Source of the DNA: Chiloscyllium plagiosum
Taxonomy: Eukaryota
Reading direction: 5' to 3'
NCBI RefSeq assembly: GCF_004010195.1
Contig: NC_057752.1
Location: 11,704,693 to 11,768,692, forward strand
DNA length: 64,000 nt
Positions 50,276 to 63,889 of this stretch are shown piece by piece; within the stretch, counting starts at the first letter, position 1; each line of letters opens with the position of its first letter. The notes under the pieces are model-generated. The model saw only the letters and a list, made by a program, of their open reading frames with translations. It was not told the DNA's origin and ran no database searches. The position numbers and the translations under genes were made by a program.

Positions 50276-53200
50276 ACCAACATTTGACCGATACCCCTCT
50301 GAACCTTCCTATTCATGTATCCATCCTGATGCCTTTTAAATGTTGTAATTGTACCAGCCTCCACCACTTCCCCTGGCAGTTCATTCCATACACACACCAC
50401 CCTCTGTGTTTAAAAAACGTTACCCCTTGGGTCCTTTTAGATCTCGCCCCCCCTCACCTTAAATGTACGCCCTCTAGTTCTGGACTCCCCCACCCCAGGG
50501 AAAAGACCTTGTCTATTTACCCTATCCATGCCCTTCATGATTTTCTAAACCTCTATAAGGTCACCCCTCATCCTTCAACGCTCCATGATGGTGCCATCTT
50601 AGTTACAAAGTTACCTAGGTATAGATACTTAAGGACAAATTCTTTGAAAAATAAAGAAGTAAAAAGTCTTTCCAACCCAGTCCATGCTGGCACTTCGCCT
50701 CCAGTAACTGGAAGAGAGAGGTCCACTGCCTTGTTACTGGGCCCACCTCACTGACTTTGCTGAATCCACAGTCGCCCCGCAATCAGGAGTCCTCAACGTC
50801 ACTGCTAACCAGAAGTCCCCACTTTGGTCCAACTGCAACCAGGAGTCCATGGTTCCGCTGCTGCTTCGATGATACCAGGATACCTGCTCTGGGCATAACA
50901 CATTGCAGCCCTTGCTATGCCTGCACCAGGTGTCCCCACTCTGGGCCCATTGCAACCAGGAATCTCTAGCTCCACTGTGAGATCAGCCATCTTCACTCTG
51001 GTCCACTGCCAGGTCTGGATGCCATTGCTACTTTTGTCGCCGACCCTGAAGGATGACAATGCTTTGGACGGGGTGGAGAGAAGGTTTACCAGAATGGGTT
51101 TTAGTTATGAGGCAAGGTTGGATAAACTCAGATTGTTTTCAATTGAAAGACAGAGGCTGACGGGCAACCTGATTGAGGTCTACAAAATTGAGAGTCATAG
51201 GTAGGGTGGATAGTCAGAGACTTTTTTCCAAGGTGGAAAGGTCAACTACAAAAGAGCACAGGTTCAAGATGAAAGGGGGAAAGCGTAGGGGAGAAGTGCA
51301 GAGAAAGCCTTTCACCCAGAGGGGTGCCTGGAACGTACTGCCAGTGAAGGTGGTGGTAGCGAGCATATTAGCACTATTTAAGGTGTATCTTGATTGACGC
51401 ATGGACGGGAGGCAAACAGAGACATAGAAACCACACATGGGCATTACGTAGCTGGTCTAAATAAGGCTTGGAATGGCACAGGCTTGGTGAGCTAAAGAGC
51501 CTGTTCCTGTGTTGTATTGATTCGTATTATCTTGTATTGTACTGATCTACGCCTTGATTTCCAAGTTCACTTTAACCAATTCTATCTTTGTAACCTTGGA
51601 GTTGACTTTAAATTTCAAACATTAGTCTTCAACCCACTCTCCCTCAAACTGAATGCAAAATTCAATCATGCTATGATCACAGCTACCCAGAGATTCTTAT
51701 GGCATGTTACCAGGTCTAGAATAGTCTGCTGGCTGGTTGGCTCTAAAATGTGCTATTAGAGTCATAGAGATGTACAGCACCAAAACAAACTCTTTGGTTC
51801 AACTTGTCCATGTCAACCAGATATCCCAACCCAATCTAATTCCACCTGCCAGCACCTGGCCTATATCCCTCCAAACCCTTCTATTCACGTCCAGATGCCT
51901 TTTAAATGTTGCAGTTGTACTACCCTCCACTGTTTCCTCTGGCAGCTCATTCCACACATGCATCACCCTCTGCGTGAAAATATTGCCCCTTAGGTCTCTT
52001 TTCTATCTTTCCCCTCTCCCCTAAACCTATGCTCTCTAGTTCTGGACTCTCTCACTCCAGAGAAAAGACCTTGTCGATTTACCCTGTCCATGCCCCTTGT
52101 GATATTATAAACCTCCATAAGGTCACCCCTCAGCCTCTGACGCTCCAGGGAAAACAGCCCCAACCTATTCAGCCTCTCCCTATGGCTCAAATCCTCCAAC
52201 CCTGACAACGTCTGCTATTCTAAGAAATTGTCTCTTAAAAAGCACTATAAATCCATCTTCCAAGCTAACTTGGCCAATTTTATTTAATAAACTACTCCGA
52301 TAAGTGACTTCTTAACTGTTAGATCTTATCTCTACCAAGAGAGTGTTATCTCTCGCTGTTGTATCACTGTTACCCTTAAAGTATTTTTGTTGTGTTTAAA
52401 ACCTTATTTTAGAAAATTCAGCTACTCTGTAAAACATGGCGGACAAAAGACCTTAGAATTGGTACTCTTAGATAGTCTTCTCTAAGAATTTAATCTGAGT
52501 GAATCCCAGAAAATAAACATGACTGTCACACATTCATTTGGAGGAAGTTTCCTCAGAATGGATTTTCACCCAAGCAACTGAAAGAAGTATAGTCAGAGTT
52601 TATAAATTGTTTAATATAAACTTTATAATGATTATATTGAGTGACAGGAATGAAAACATCAGAACTAAGTCGAAGAAATTGGTGTAAAGCAGTGAAGTGT
52701 AGTGGTGAAGGGTACTACAAAAGGCATCTAACATAAAAGGTTTTTGTTTGCTATGGACATGGACTACAGTGTTTCAAGATGGCAGCTCATCACAACCTTC
52801 TCGAGGGCAGTTAGGAATGAAAGATAAATGCTAGCTCAGCCAGCAATGCCCACATCCTATGAAAGAATTTTGTTTTAAAATACACAAACATTTCTACCAT
52901 AGTCTTACTCTGGGTGATTGAGGTTTTCTATGGACAAGTGAACAAAGAGACCTTGGAATGCAGGTTGATAGCTCCTTGAAAGTAGAGTCGCAGGTAGATA
53001 GGATAGTGAAGGTGGTGTTTGGTATGAGCATTGGTCAGAGCATTGAGTATAGAAGTTAGGAGTTCATGTTGCAACTGTACAGGACATTTGCTAGGCCACT
53101 TTTGGCATATTGTGTGCAATTCTGGTCTCCTTCCTATCGGAAGGATGTTGTGAAACTTAAAAAGGCTTCAGAAAAGATTTACAAAGATGTTGCCAGGGTT

Positions 53201-53642
53201 GGAGGGTTTGGACGATAAAGGGAGGCTGACTAGGCTGGTGCTGTTTTCCCTGGAGCGCCAGAGGCTAAGGGGTGACCTCATAGAGGTTTACAAAACTATG
53301 AGGGGCATGGATAGGATAAATAGACAAAGTCTTTTCCCTGGGTTGGGGGAGTCCAGAACTAGAGGGCATAGGTTTAGGATGAGAGGGGAAAGATATAAAT
53401 AAGACCTAAGGGGCAAACTTTTCACACAAAGGGTGGTACGGGTATGGAATGAGCTGCCAGAGGAAGTGGTGGAGGCTGGCACAATTGCAACATTTAAAAG
53501 GCATTTGGATAAGTACATAAATAAGAGGGGTTTAGAAGGATATAGGCCAAATGCTAGCAAATGGGTCTCGATTAATATCTGGTTGGGATGGACAAGTTGG
53601 ACAGAAGGGGCTGTTTCCATGCTGTACATCTCTATGACTCTA
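50276..53642. mobile_element. Cluster of CR1 3' fragments: 50276-50586 (-), 51050-51520 (+), 51757-52210 (-), 52935-53642 (+)
   Basis: Repeated LFSLERQRLRGDL.EVY and TRGHRF motifs on both strands. Confidence 0.88.
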
Positions 53643-53862
53643 AGTGTTATGACAAGGAACACTGATTTGTCAGCATTAGGAGACCTGAGGGATAACTCTA
53701 CTGAGATAAGGTCCCAGGGCAGAACCAGGGGCAAGCAGTTGTTTAAATTAACAGAGCTGGAGTCAGAGGTTAAGCCATTCAACAGATAAAGGCAAGGACT
53801 ATGCTTTAAAATGTAATGGCAGCAAGAAACGGTGGAACTCTCAGTTAAGCAACATATATTAT

Positions 53863-54028
53863 AGTCAAGAGTGTGGTGCTGGAGAAGCACAGCAGGTCAG
53901 GCAGTGATGAAGAGCTTATGCCCGAAGCGTCGATTCTCCTGCTTCTTAGATGCTGCCTGGCCTGCTGTGCTTCTCCAGCACCACACTCACAAATTTGATC
54001 TCCAGCATCTGCAGTCCTCACTTTCTCC
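53863..54028 (+). mobile_element. Family A inverted-repeat element with a defective hammerhead
   Basis: 13-bp TSD CAACATATATTAT at 53850-53862 and 54029-54041. Core reads gTGATGA...GAAG. Confidence 0.88.
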
Positions 54029-54233
54029 CAACATATATTATGGGAACAGTTGGCAGAACTGTGGGCATGGCTAAAGGGAAAATATTTGTAGGCAACTGTA
54101 TGCAATGTCTTTAAAGAGTTGGGTTATTGAGCTGAAGACTGGGATGCCAGAATATTATTATTGGCAGCATGACCAGTGGCCAAGTTTTTAGGCACCAGAA
54201 ACACTTTTCTTAAAATAAAAATGCAATCAAAGT

Positions 54234-54521
54234 GGGCAGCACGGTGGCTCAATGGTTAGCACTGCTGCCTCACTTGGGTGACTGTCTGTGTGGAGTTTGC
54301 ACATTCTCCCCGTGTCTGCGTGGGTTTCCTCCGGGTGCTCCGGTTTCCTCCCACAATCCAAAGATGTGCAGGTCAGGTGAATTGGCCATGCGAAATTGTC
54401 CATAGTGTTAGGTGCATTAATCAGCGGGAAATGGGTCTGGGTGGGTTACTCTTCAGAGGGTCGGCGTGGACTTGTTGGGCCGAAGGGCCTGTTTCCACAC
54501 TGTAGGGAATCTAATCTAATC
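54234..54521 (+). mobile_element. HE1-type V-SINE with B box deleted
   Basis: A box, V domain, (AATCT)n tail. Confidence 0.9.
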
Positions 54522-55129
54522 TTAAAAAAAATTACACCAGGAACACAAATATTAAAGAAATTAGTTAGTTGCACCATTCATTGTTTGTGCAACAAAACAA
54601 GGGTAAACAACTAAATTAAAAATAAAATATTGTGCATGCTGGGAATCTGAAGCAAACACCATGCTGGTGAAACTCAGCAGGTCTGACAGCATCTGTGGAG
54701 AGAGAATCAAGTTAACATCTCGAGTCCAGTGTGATTTCAGAGCTAAAAGGATTTGGAAAGTGATTTTTTTTTCCAAGTAATTTTGACAGGCAGAGGAGGA
54801 GCAAGGGCTCTGTGTACAGTTTTTAATAATGATGTACAGAATTAGAGCACTTCACCAAAAGAAGAGCACAGCATAGCCAGTGTCTAGCACTGACCAAAGA
54901 TTTGCCAATTAGTTAAAAATATACTTCTGTGGTGGCCCTGTTGTTTATTGCTGCCATTAAAACTTGAACAGCTAAATTGTAATTGTGCAGCAGACCCTTC
55001 AAGTTGCACTACAGTAGATCAGGTAGCAGTTCAAAAAACAATTTTTGATTAGATTATTTCCTATAGCTAAATAAAATGTAAACATCACTAAAATTTTAGC
55101 TTGAAGAGAGAACCTAAATGGGAGAACTC

Positions 55130-55430
55130 ATCCTCCATCATTCCCTCCCTATGTCGTATTCTTTCTCTTTCCTCTTGTTCTCCTTGTCTCTCTTTTTCCT
55201 TTGTCTTCCATCCTTCTCCTCTTTCGCACCTTCCTTTCCCGTTCTCCTTTCTTAACTCTTTCTTCCTTTTGCCTCCGGCCTTCTCTTCCCTTTTGCACTC
55301 TCTTAATATTTACCCTCCCCCTCTCTCTTTTCTGCTCCTCTGGCTCACTTCCTTTCTCCTTGCCCCCTTTACATCAAAATAAAAACATTACCTCCTTCAG
55401 TTTTTCTTTCAGTCTTATCCCCTGTGTTGC
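55130..55430. repeat. Pyrimidine-rich low-complexity tract
   Basis: CT-rich. Confidence 0.75.
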
Positions 55431-58400
55431 CTCACATTGAAATTGTCTCTAAGAACAGTATCTGATGTTTCCTCTGTTCAATTTGCCACCTTACTTCAAC
55501 TATATATTTATGGGCTTTAAAATACATATTGTGTATGTCATCTACTCCTAAGTGAATAACTATGACTTGTTTATCAGCTTCATCACTCTTTTCGAGATGA
55601 GCCACTGTTTGCAAACTCTCTAGTGCAATCTGTCATCCTGTTTCTGTGAGTCTTCCCTTTCTTTCCAATTTTTACTATCTAATCCATTTATTATCTCCGT
55701 TGCATTATTACTGCTTCTGCCCTCCTTATTTTTTTTCTTCCCTATATCTTGTCTGACTGTGTCTGATCCTGATTTGACTGCCTGTGCTTTCCTTTTTTCT
55801 GTTCATCTATCAGGTACAGTTTACCTTTCGTGACCTCTTTATGCTTCGCATCTCTAGATGTGTTAAAAGATTTTGGCTCTGCCAACAATGTCCACATCCA
55901 ATTAATTCATTTTGAAAAAAAAAATCAGAGTTTGATGTCTCAGTTTTGCAGTTTCAGTTTGCATAAGGAAAAGCATTTACATTGTTATGGCTTGGAATGC
56001 ACTGCCTGAAGGAGCATAAGCAGGTTCAATATTAATTTTCAAAAAGGAATTGGATCAGTATTTGAAGGGGTAATTTTTGAAGAGTAGTGAGCAAAAGCAC
56101 AGAGTGAAACTGATTGTGTAGCTTCTGTAAAATTGTCACAGGCACAACAGAGTAGTTGGTCCCCTAGTATATTATATGATTCCATATGGCCATTAAAACT
56201 GCTTATTTAAGATGAAGAATGCTGCAAAAGCTGTTCTTTAGATAGTGTGCCTTCTGTCTAGTGATGAGGTTTGAGTTGAAATTTCTGCTCGGCCTAAGTG
56301 CTGGGAATTTCCAGCTAGTCTGTATCATGGGAGTTGAAGTTCTCACCCTTTTCATGTGAAACTTGTACCCATGGTGTCCTAATCAGGATATAGATAAGCA
56401 GCAGCTGGCGAAGTGGGTTTTGTTAATATTTTGTTTCTGCTATATATCGCTTATATATCTATGTATGATAGGATGTTTGCAGTCTCTTGTTAATCTTTTC
56501 ACCATTATAAATTGCTAAATGCACATTGACCGTGGGATCTTGTCATACTGTCATTTTACCTCCCACCTGGGGTAACACCATCAACAGGAGGGTGTAAATG
56601 CAGAGGCATTTTCTATTTTGATTGATGTAGAAATTTAAAATATAAAGATAAAATGAATGACCTTGAAATGCAGTAAGTCTGCATGTTCTGGTCTAAATAT
56701 CTGCTGCCCTTCCCCCTCCGCCTTCCAACCTTGCTTTGCTTGGCCACACTTGATTTGGGCTTCCTGCATTTGATAGAATGAGCAGATAGCGAGATAAGTG
56801 ATAATTCTGAGTTGTTTTAGTGAAGGGTTTTTAGGATCACTGACGTCGACTCATAGCAGCAGGGTCATCTGGGCACATCCACATGGCTTTTTGATGCTGA
56901 CTCTGGCCATTCTGCACCATGCAGAATGATATACCATCTGTTTAAGTGCTGATTCCCAGACACACAAGGTGGGCAAAACCAACCTGGGCGATATTGCACC
57001 AAATAATTGTTTGGGAATGACAAATTCACTTGATAGAAATAAAGGGGAGAAAAATAGTGTAAATTACTGGGGAAAACGATTTGGAAAGATTTGCACTGGA
57101 GCTATTTGGAAGAAACAATGAATTAGGAAAGGAAGAACAAAAGACAGCTCCCATCTTAAACAAGTTTTGTGAGTGGTCTAGAAGTAGTATTACTAACACT
57201 GGGAGATGGTATAACATTCGATAACAATATGGTCAGCAATACATCAACTGATATTGATCTAATCAATTTGGTGTGGTCGGAATGTTCAACATCAGAATCT
57301 GCAGTCCGGGCCCCAATCTGTCATGTTGTTTCTAAATCATGATATCAACCAGCACATGATCTTAAATTGTTTAGTTTCTATGCCATTGCCTTTCACAACA
57401 TGAAAGTAGCATGTTTTGCTCAAAGGAGGCAAGTGGGGAAAGCCAGTCTCGGAATGGGATATGAGCACTTTAACGCAGAAGACGCAGCTCACTGACTTCT
57501 GAATCTCATTAAAACTTTAGAAGAAGTTTTAAGAAAGGCTCCAGCGTGCGTGCACTGACCATTCTTCAGTGCAGTTTAATTAGGTTGTTGCTTGTTACAC
57601 ATATAGTCTGGCGGTGAATATCAGTGATAACCTGAGCTTCAGCTCCAAAATCATATAAAGCCCCTTGGATTTTTGACAGTTTGATTTACCCCAGCTTGCA
57701 TTGCTGTTAGGTTATAACAAGGTTTCAGTTTCTCCATGGCAATAGGTTTGGTTCATATTCTTAGTTTACATGTTTCATTCTATTTCAAAAGCAGCCAGTC
57801 TGCATCTTTGTTCTCTTTCAGGTTCATCCCAAGAATTAGGTTGTCAGCGTCGGCCTACGAACCTCTAGAGAAAGTATCAGCTGCCCTTATTAGGACGTTA
57901 CACATTTGAGTAAATCAAACCAATGCTGCTCATTTGATTACAGGATTCATATTTGGCAATGCTGTTGACAGTTTGTGTTGCAGCAAGCATTGACTGATCA
58001 CGTTCACAAGGTGGTCATAAGGCAGACAGAACAAGCCAGAACATTGAGAGAGGCAATTGGAATTTTTAACGCTCAGTGCAGAAAAGAACCCCCCAACCTT
58101 GGCTGTTGCTCAATTCAGCTGCTGGCACTAGCACATGCAATATATTGGCTGCATCAAAACAAATAACCAGCATTCACAGCTGGGGCAGGAGATCAGCGTC
58201 AACCTCTGTCAAAGGCTTTAAATACCATGAAAGTTGCAGTAATGAATTCACAGTTTCACCATCTGTGGATGATGTGCGCAAAACTGACTGGGTAGAATTG
58301 GTGTACCAGTGGACCATGCAATTTTAGGCAGTCGCCAAAGAGGGCCATTGTCTCGTTTTTAGTTTTATCACCGCCCTATCTTTGAGCATCAAGTACAGGC

Positions 58401-59079
58401 GGCCATGCTGCAGCAGCAAGCAACAGTTCAAATCTTGAACTCAAGCGCAATGTGTGGCTTTTAGTCTGTCAGTTTGTGAAATGGGTGGCTTCATTTCGGG
58501 AGCACGCCCAAGAGGTTTTGCACAATAATCCAGTCAGACCATTAAATAATTTTATTTTTGACATCTGCTGAGATTGACAAGTTGCTAAAAATTACAAACT
58601 ATTCCACCTCAAGCAGGAGACAATAACAGGAGCATTGTATAGTTCCCAAAAGCATAATTCCCACAGGTGTAGAAGCCTGAAGTGTTTGGATTTGTCACAG
58701 GAAAACTGAGCAATTGGTCACACACACGCACATTCTGCACTTTGACCGGCAGCTTTGTTCCTTTTCTTATACAGCTTTTTTTCCCTGCCTCCCTGTGAGT
58801 GAGTGCTTGGTTTCACCTCTTTTCATTGCGTATTCTCATTTATTCTTGTGTGCCTCACGTTCTTTCTGTATCTCTGTTTCTCTCCTCCTCCAGATCCCCT
58901 CCCCCCCTCCCCACCGCCGCTGCCTCCCAATTCCCTATCCCCCATTTAAAACAGTTGTTTTCTTAAGTCATACAGATCATTTCATGGAGGCCAGGCCAAC
59001 TCTGACAGTTACGATATCAGTTGAACAAGCTATCATTTTCAGAAAATAGTCCAGGAGGTGAAATGTACAGATGATAAAT

Positions 59080-59281
59080 GATTTGGGCCTTGAATGTGTT
59101 GCCAGTGGATGAGGTAGAAGCAGATATGATAGCGTTTAAGAGACATTTAGACAGACACAAGAACAGGTAGGGAATAGAGGGATGCAGACTATGTGCAGGC
59201 TGATGGGATTAGTTGAGAATGACATCATGGCTGGCACAGACATGGTGGGCCAAAGGGTCTGCTCCTGTGCTGTACTATTCA
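59080..59281 (+). mobile_element. CR1 3' end
   Basis: TTTAAGAGACATTTAGAC and CR1 tail GGGCCAAAGGG...CCTGTGCTGTAC. Confidence 0.8.
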
Positions 59282-60459
59282 GTGACAGAGAAGTAACAAA
59301 GCATGAACTTATTTGTCTTATCAGGTGGACAGATTCCTTGATCTGAGTTTTTATTGTGAAAAACAAAAAAAAATTCTTTAGAAGATTCATTTTGATTTTT
59401 TTCTTTTCTAATACTGACTGACGTAGTAATTAGTTGCATTGCCAGAATAATTGTTTAAATTCAGGACTTTGAGCAAACCTGAATAATGGTGCAGTCATTT
59501 CTGCTCTTATAGTACTGCTTAAGAGTTGTTTATTTCAAATGTGCACAAATAAAAGAAATGCTTCAACATTTGCTTTGACTATTTTTAATGTATTGCAACA
59601 TATTTAAACATTCATCAATGGATATATGTCATGCCCACACAAATATGGAACACCAAAAATCATTGGGAGGGAAGGCCAGCTGAACAAAAAAATAATAAAT
59701 GCCTGGACAGGTGCAAACACCGCGATTCATGTTCCCGAGAGGGGGTAGGCTTATGGAGTTTCCAAGAGGACCTGGGCAATTTTAAGGGTAAGTTTAAAGA
59801 TATTTTTGGTGAATTTTTTTTTGTGTGGTTCTTATTTCCCAAACCTTAGACTTCTACTGTGAACTTGGGTTAATGAGAAACAAGATAGCAAATGAACACT
59901 TGTTTTGAAAGCTCTTCAATTTAGTTTGTTCTCCTTGAATATTGTGTTTCTGGCAGCATATCTAATGAGTATTTGCTCAGAAAGATGTTTGTTTCCAGGG
60001 TAATTGTCATTTAATCTATTTTTTTGAATAAGTGGTATTTCAACTAGTCAGATGGTAATGTGACATACACTTTGCATGTATGATGCTTTCAATTTACAAG
60101 GATACACACCAGAGGCAACTCTTCTGATTATGAGAGTAGATTCTGAGGGAGCATGAGACTGAATGACCAATGGATGGTTAATACCTTCAAAGATTTATTT
60201 TCCTCCATCTTCATCAAAAAGACTGTAGGCACCCTAATATGGAGGTGAAATCTCTAAGGAGAATGAGGATGGCGAATGTTTGAAATTACAAATAAGGACT
60301 GGACAAATAAGCCGAGACTTGGAGGACTTGTGCATGACCTAGATGCACGGCATACAGTGGTGCTTAGGAAATAGTTAAGGATGTATTGGAATACCCACAC
60401 ATTGCAGAAGACAGCTGTTAAGCCAATATGTTATAAAATTACAGACATGCGAGAAAATA

Positions 60460-60870
60460 CATTGCCCCTCTACTGTTCGTATTGTGTCTCAATCCCCCTG
60501 TATTGTTAATATGACTGTACTCTCAAGCGTCCTGTAACATTAATATTATTGTGCCCTCAATTATCCTCTACTGTTAAGATTACCTGTAATCCTCCTGTAG
60601 TATTAACATCACGGTACCTTCAGTTTACCTTTACCATTATTATCACTATTGTCAGTCTTCCTTTACAATTGATACCACCACCCTAAACACACCTGCACAG
60701 TTAACAACACTGTGTCCACAATCCCCTTGTAACATTAATATCAATAACTTTAATCATGTACTGTTGATATCACTGTACCCTCAATCTTCCTGTGCCATTA
60801 CCATCACTGTACTCTGAGTCCTATATTGTTAATATCATGGTAACTGCAGTCCCCTTATACTGTTAGTGTA
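60460..60870. repeat. Degenerate ~30-bp minisatellite
   Basis: Recurring TGTTAATATCACTGTACCCTCAATCCCCTGTA-like unit. Confidence 0.75.
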
Positions 60871-61019
60871 TTGCTAAATTCAGTACTGGCTTTTTCCCCA
60901 ACTCCATTGTGTTTTATTTGCTAATTTGTTCAGTTGAGCCAGTTCTATATCACTGGAAAATTCATCGTCATCTGCATGATATCTGGGTATGTTCTGCTGC
61001 CATACAGGAATATTGTTGA

Positions 61020-63365
61020 CTGCATTTCTAAAATCCCAATATTCTGTAGTAGATGGATTCATTTGAGAGAATTGCAGTGGGTTTCTGGTGAGCACTGTAG
61101 ACTCATCCCTTTGAATGCAGTTTTCAGTTTCTATAAATGACTTGGATGAAGAGATCGAAGCTGTGGTCTGTAAGTTTGCTGATCAGGCAAAGTTAGGTTC
61201 CAAAGTAAATTGTCAAAAGGACATAAGGAAGATACAAAGGGATATAAATAGGTTAGGGAGTGGGCAAAAATCTGGCAAGTGGACTGTAATGTGGGAATGT
61301 GAGTGTTTGTCAATTTCAGCAAGAAGAATAAAAAAGGAAGCATTTTATCTAAGTGAACAGAGATTGCAGAGAGATGCCCTACTGTATGAATCACAGAAGG
61401 TTAGTATGCTGATACAGCAAGTAATCAGGAAAACTCATCGAATGTTATAGTCTATTGTGAGGGGAATTGAAGAGAAAAGTAGGGAGATTATGCTTCAGTT
61501 ATACAAAGCATTGATTGGACCACATGGAGAACTGTAAATGCATTGAAAGCAGTTCAGAAAAGGTTTAGTTTAGAATCCCTATGGTGTGTAAACAGGCCCT
61601 TCAGCCCAACAAGTCCACACCGAACAGTATCCCACCCAAGCCCATTTCCCATGACTCTACATTTACCCCTGACTAATGCACCTCAAAGGTACGAGACAGG
61701 GGGTGCTGGTGGAGGGTTGTTTTTCAGACTGGAGGCCTGTGACCACTGTATTGTCACAAGGATTGGTGATGGGTCCACTGCTTTTCATCATTTATATAAA
61801 TGACTTGGATGTGAGCATAAGGGGTACAGTTATTAAGTTTGCAGGTGACACTAAAATTGGAGATGTAGTGGACAGCAAAGAAGGTTACCTCAGGTTACAA
61901 CGGGATCTTGATCAGATGGGCCAATGGGCTGAGAAGTGGCAGATGGAGTTTAATTCAGATAGATGCGAGGTGCTGCATTTTGGGAAAGCAAATCTTAGCA
62001 GCATTTATACACTTAATGGTAAGTTACTACGGAGTGTTGCTGAACGAAGAGACCTTGGAGTGCAGGTTCATAGCTCCTTGACAGTGAAGTTGCTGGTAGA
62101 TAGGATAGTGAAGAAGGCATTTGGTATGCTTTCCTTTATTGATCAGAGTATTGAGTACAGGAGTTGGGAGGTCATGTTGCGGCTACAGGCCACTGTTGGA
62201 ATATTGTGTGCAGTTCTGGTCTCGTTCCTTTTGGAAAGATGTTGTGAAACTTGAAAGAGTTCAGAAAAGATTTACAAGGATGTTTCCAGGGTTGAAGGAT
62301 TTGAGCTATAGGGAGAGGTTGAATAGGCGAAAGCTGTTTTCCTTGGAGTGTCGGAGGCTTAGAGGTGACATTATAGAGCTTTATAAAATCATGAGGAACA
62401 TGGATAGGATAAATAGACCAAGTCTTTTCCCTGGGGTGGGGGAGTCCAGAACTAGAGGGCATAGATTTAGGGTGAGAGGGGAAAGATATAAAAGAGACCT
62501 AAGGGGCAACTTTTTCACACACAGCGTGGTACGTGTATGGAATGAGCTGCCAGAGGAAGTGGTGGAGGCTGGTACAATTGCAACATTTAAAAGGCATCTG
62601 GATGGGTATATGAATACAAAGGGTTTAGAGGGATATGAGTCAGGTGCTGGCAGGCGGGACTAGATTGGTTTGGGATATCTGGTCGGCATGGACAAGTTGG
62701 ACCGAAGGGTTTGTTTCCATGCTGTAAACTCTATGATCCTAACCTGCACATCCCTGAACACTATGGGCAATTTAGCATGGCCAATTCACCTAACCTCCTC
62801 AACTTTTGGAGGAAACCGGAGCACCCGGAGGAAACTCACGCAGATACTGGGAGAATGTGCAAATCCACGCAGAGTCTGGAATCGAACCCGGATCCCTGGT
62901 GCTATGAGGCAGCAGTGCTAACCACTGAGCCACCGTGCCGGCCCAACTGGACTAATACCTGGTATGGGCAGGATGTCTTGTGAGGATAGGTTGAATAGGG
63001 TAGGTTTGTATCTGCTAGAGTTTAAAAGATTAAGGGGCAGTTTGTTTGATTCTTTAAGATCCTGTGGGCCCTTGACAGGGTAGGTGTGAAGAGGATGTTT
63101 CCTCTTGAGGGAGATTCCAGAACTTTAAAAAAAAAACGACCTTCACCCATTTAAGACAAAAATGAAGTGTTTTTTTTCTGATGTTTGAGAGTCTTTGGAA
63201 CTCTCTTCCTCAAAAGGCAGAACGTTTGAATAATTTTTGGGCAGAGGATGAGAAAAAAGTGAAGGGATGAAAAGTTATCGGAGTAGGCAGAAACATGGAG
63301 TATTCAGATCAGTGATGATCTTATTAAATGGTGAAGCAGGTCCGAGGTCTACTCCTATTTCATAT
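61020..63365 (+). mobile_element. Nested set: old CR1, then HE1 SINE (-; 61566-61683 and 62738-62942), then younger CR1 (+; 61686-62737)
   Basis: CR1 RT ORFs at 61676-62254 and 62121-62663. The HE1 halves rejoin at ...AATGCACCT/AACCTGCACATCC. The old CR1 resumes at about 62945. Confidence 0.85.
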
Positions 63366-63889
63366 TTTCATAATATGTAAAGATTTCCAAAAGAAAATAA
63401 TGAAGTCTAATATAACTTTCCTTCAAAGTGTTTCAATGAAATGTCTTTATGAATATTTGACTACAATGTGTCCTTCTCAATTTCATAGCATAGAAAAAGC
63501 TTTGATGCTATTAAATTTGTCAGTACCGTCTCATTGGCCCATAAATGCACACCCTTAGATTACTAGCCAGCACTGGAAGATCACTGAACAACAAACCTAA
63601 TGCAAAATATCCTCAAGCAACCAGCCTCGTGTGAGGGGCCTGTCTCTGATTGACATAGTGAATTTGTCTGTGTTCTCAATGCTTTCCTTCAGGTTTTATC
63701 TGATCTGATCATTCAATTTTTCAGATGTTGGAATCACCTCTGATATGTACATTTAAATGTCCCCTTGTCCTCCTTAGCAGTCCTTTGACCAATCAGTTGA
63801 CCTGATTCTGGTGGTCTAGAGCACATACCAGTTAGTAATTATCTCCCCAAACCATTTTTTTTCCTCTCCATATATCCAGTGTATCCACA

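Noticed and set aside
56260..56340. C/D box snoRNA (GTGATGA box C)
   Set aside because: No CTGA D box or terminal stem at a suitable distance.
59711..59787. Possible exon (cag|...|gtaagt) containing QEDL, as SMARCC2 exon 11
   Set aside because: No polypyrimidine tract and no similarity to the expected PSTPYTKSKRGHREEE. Exon 11 was not found in the window.
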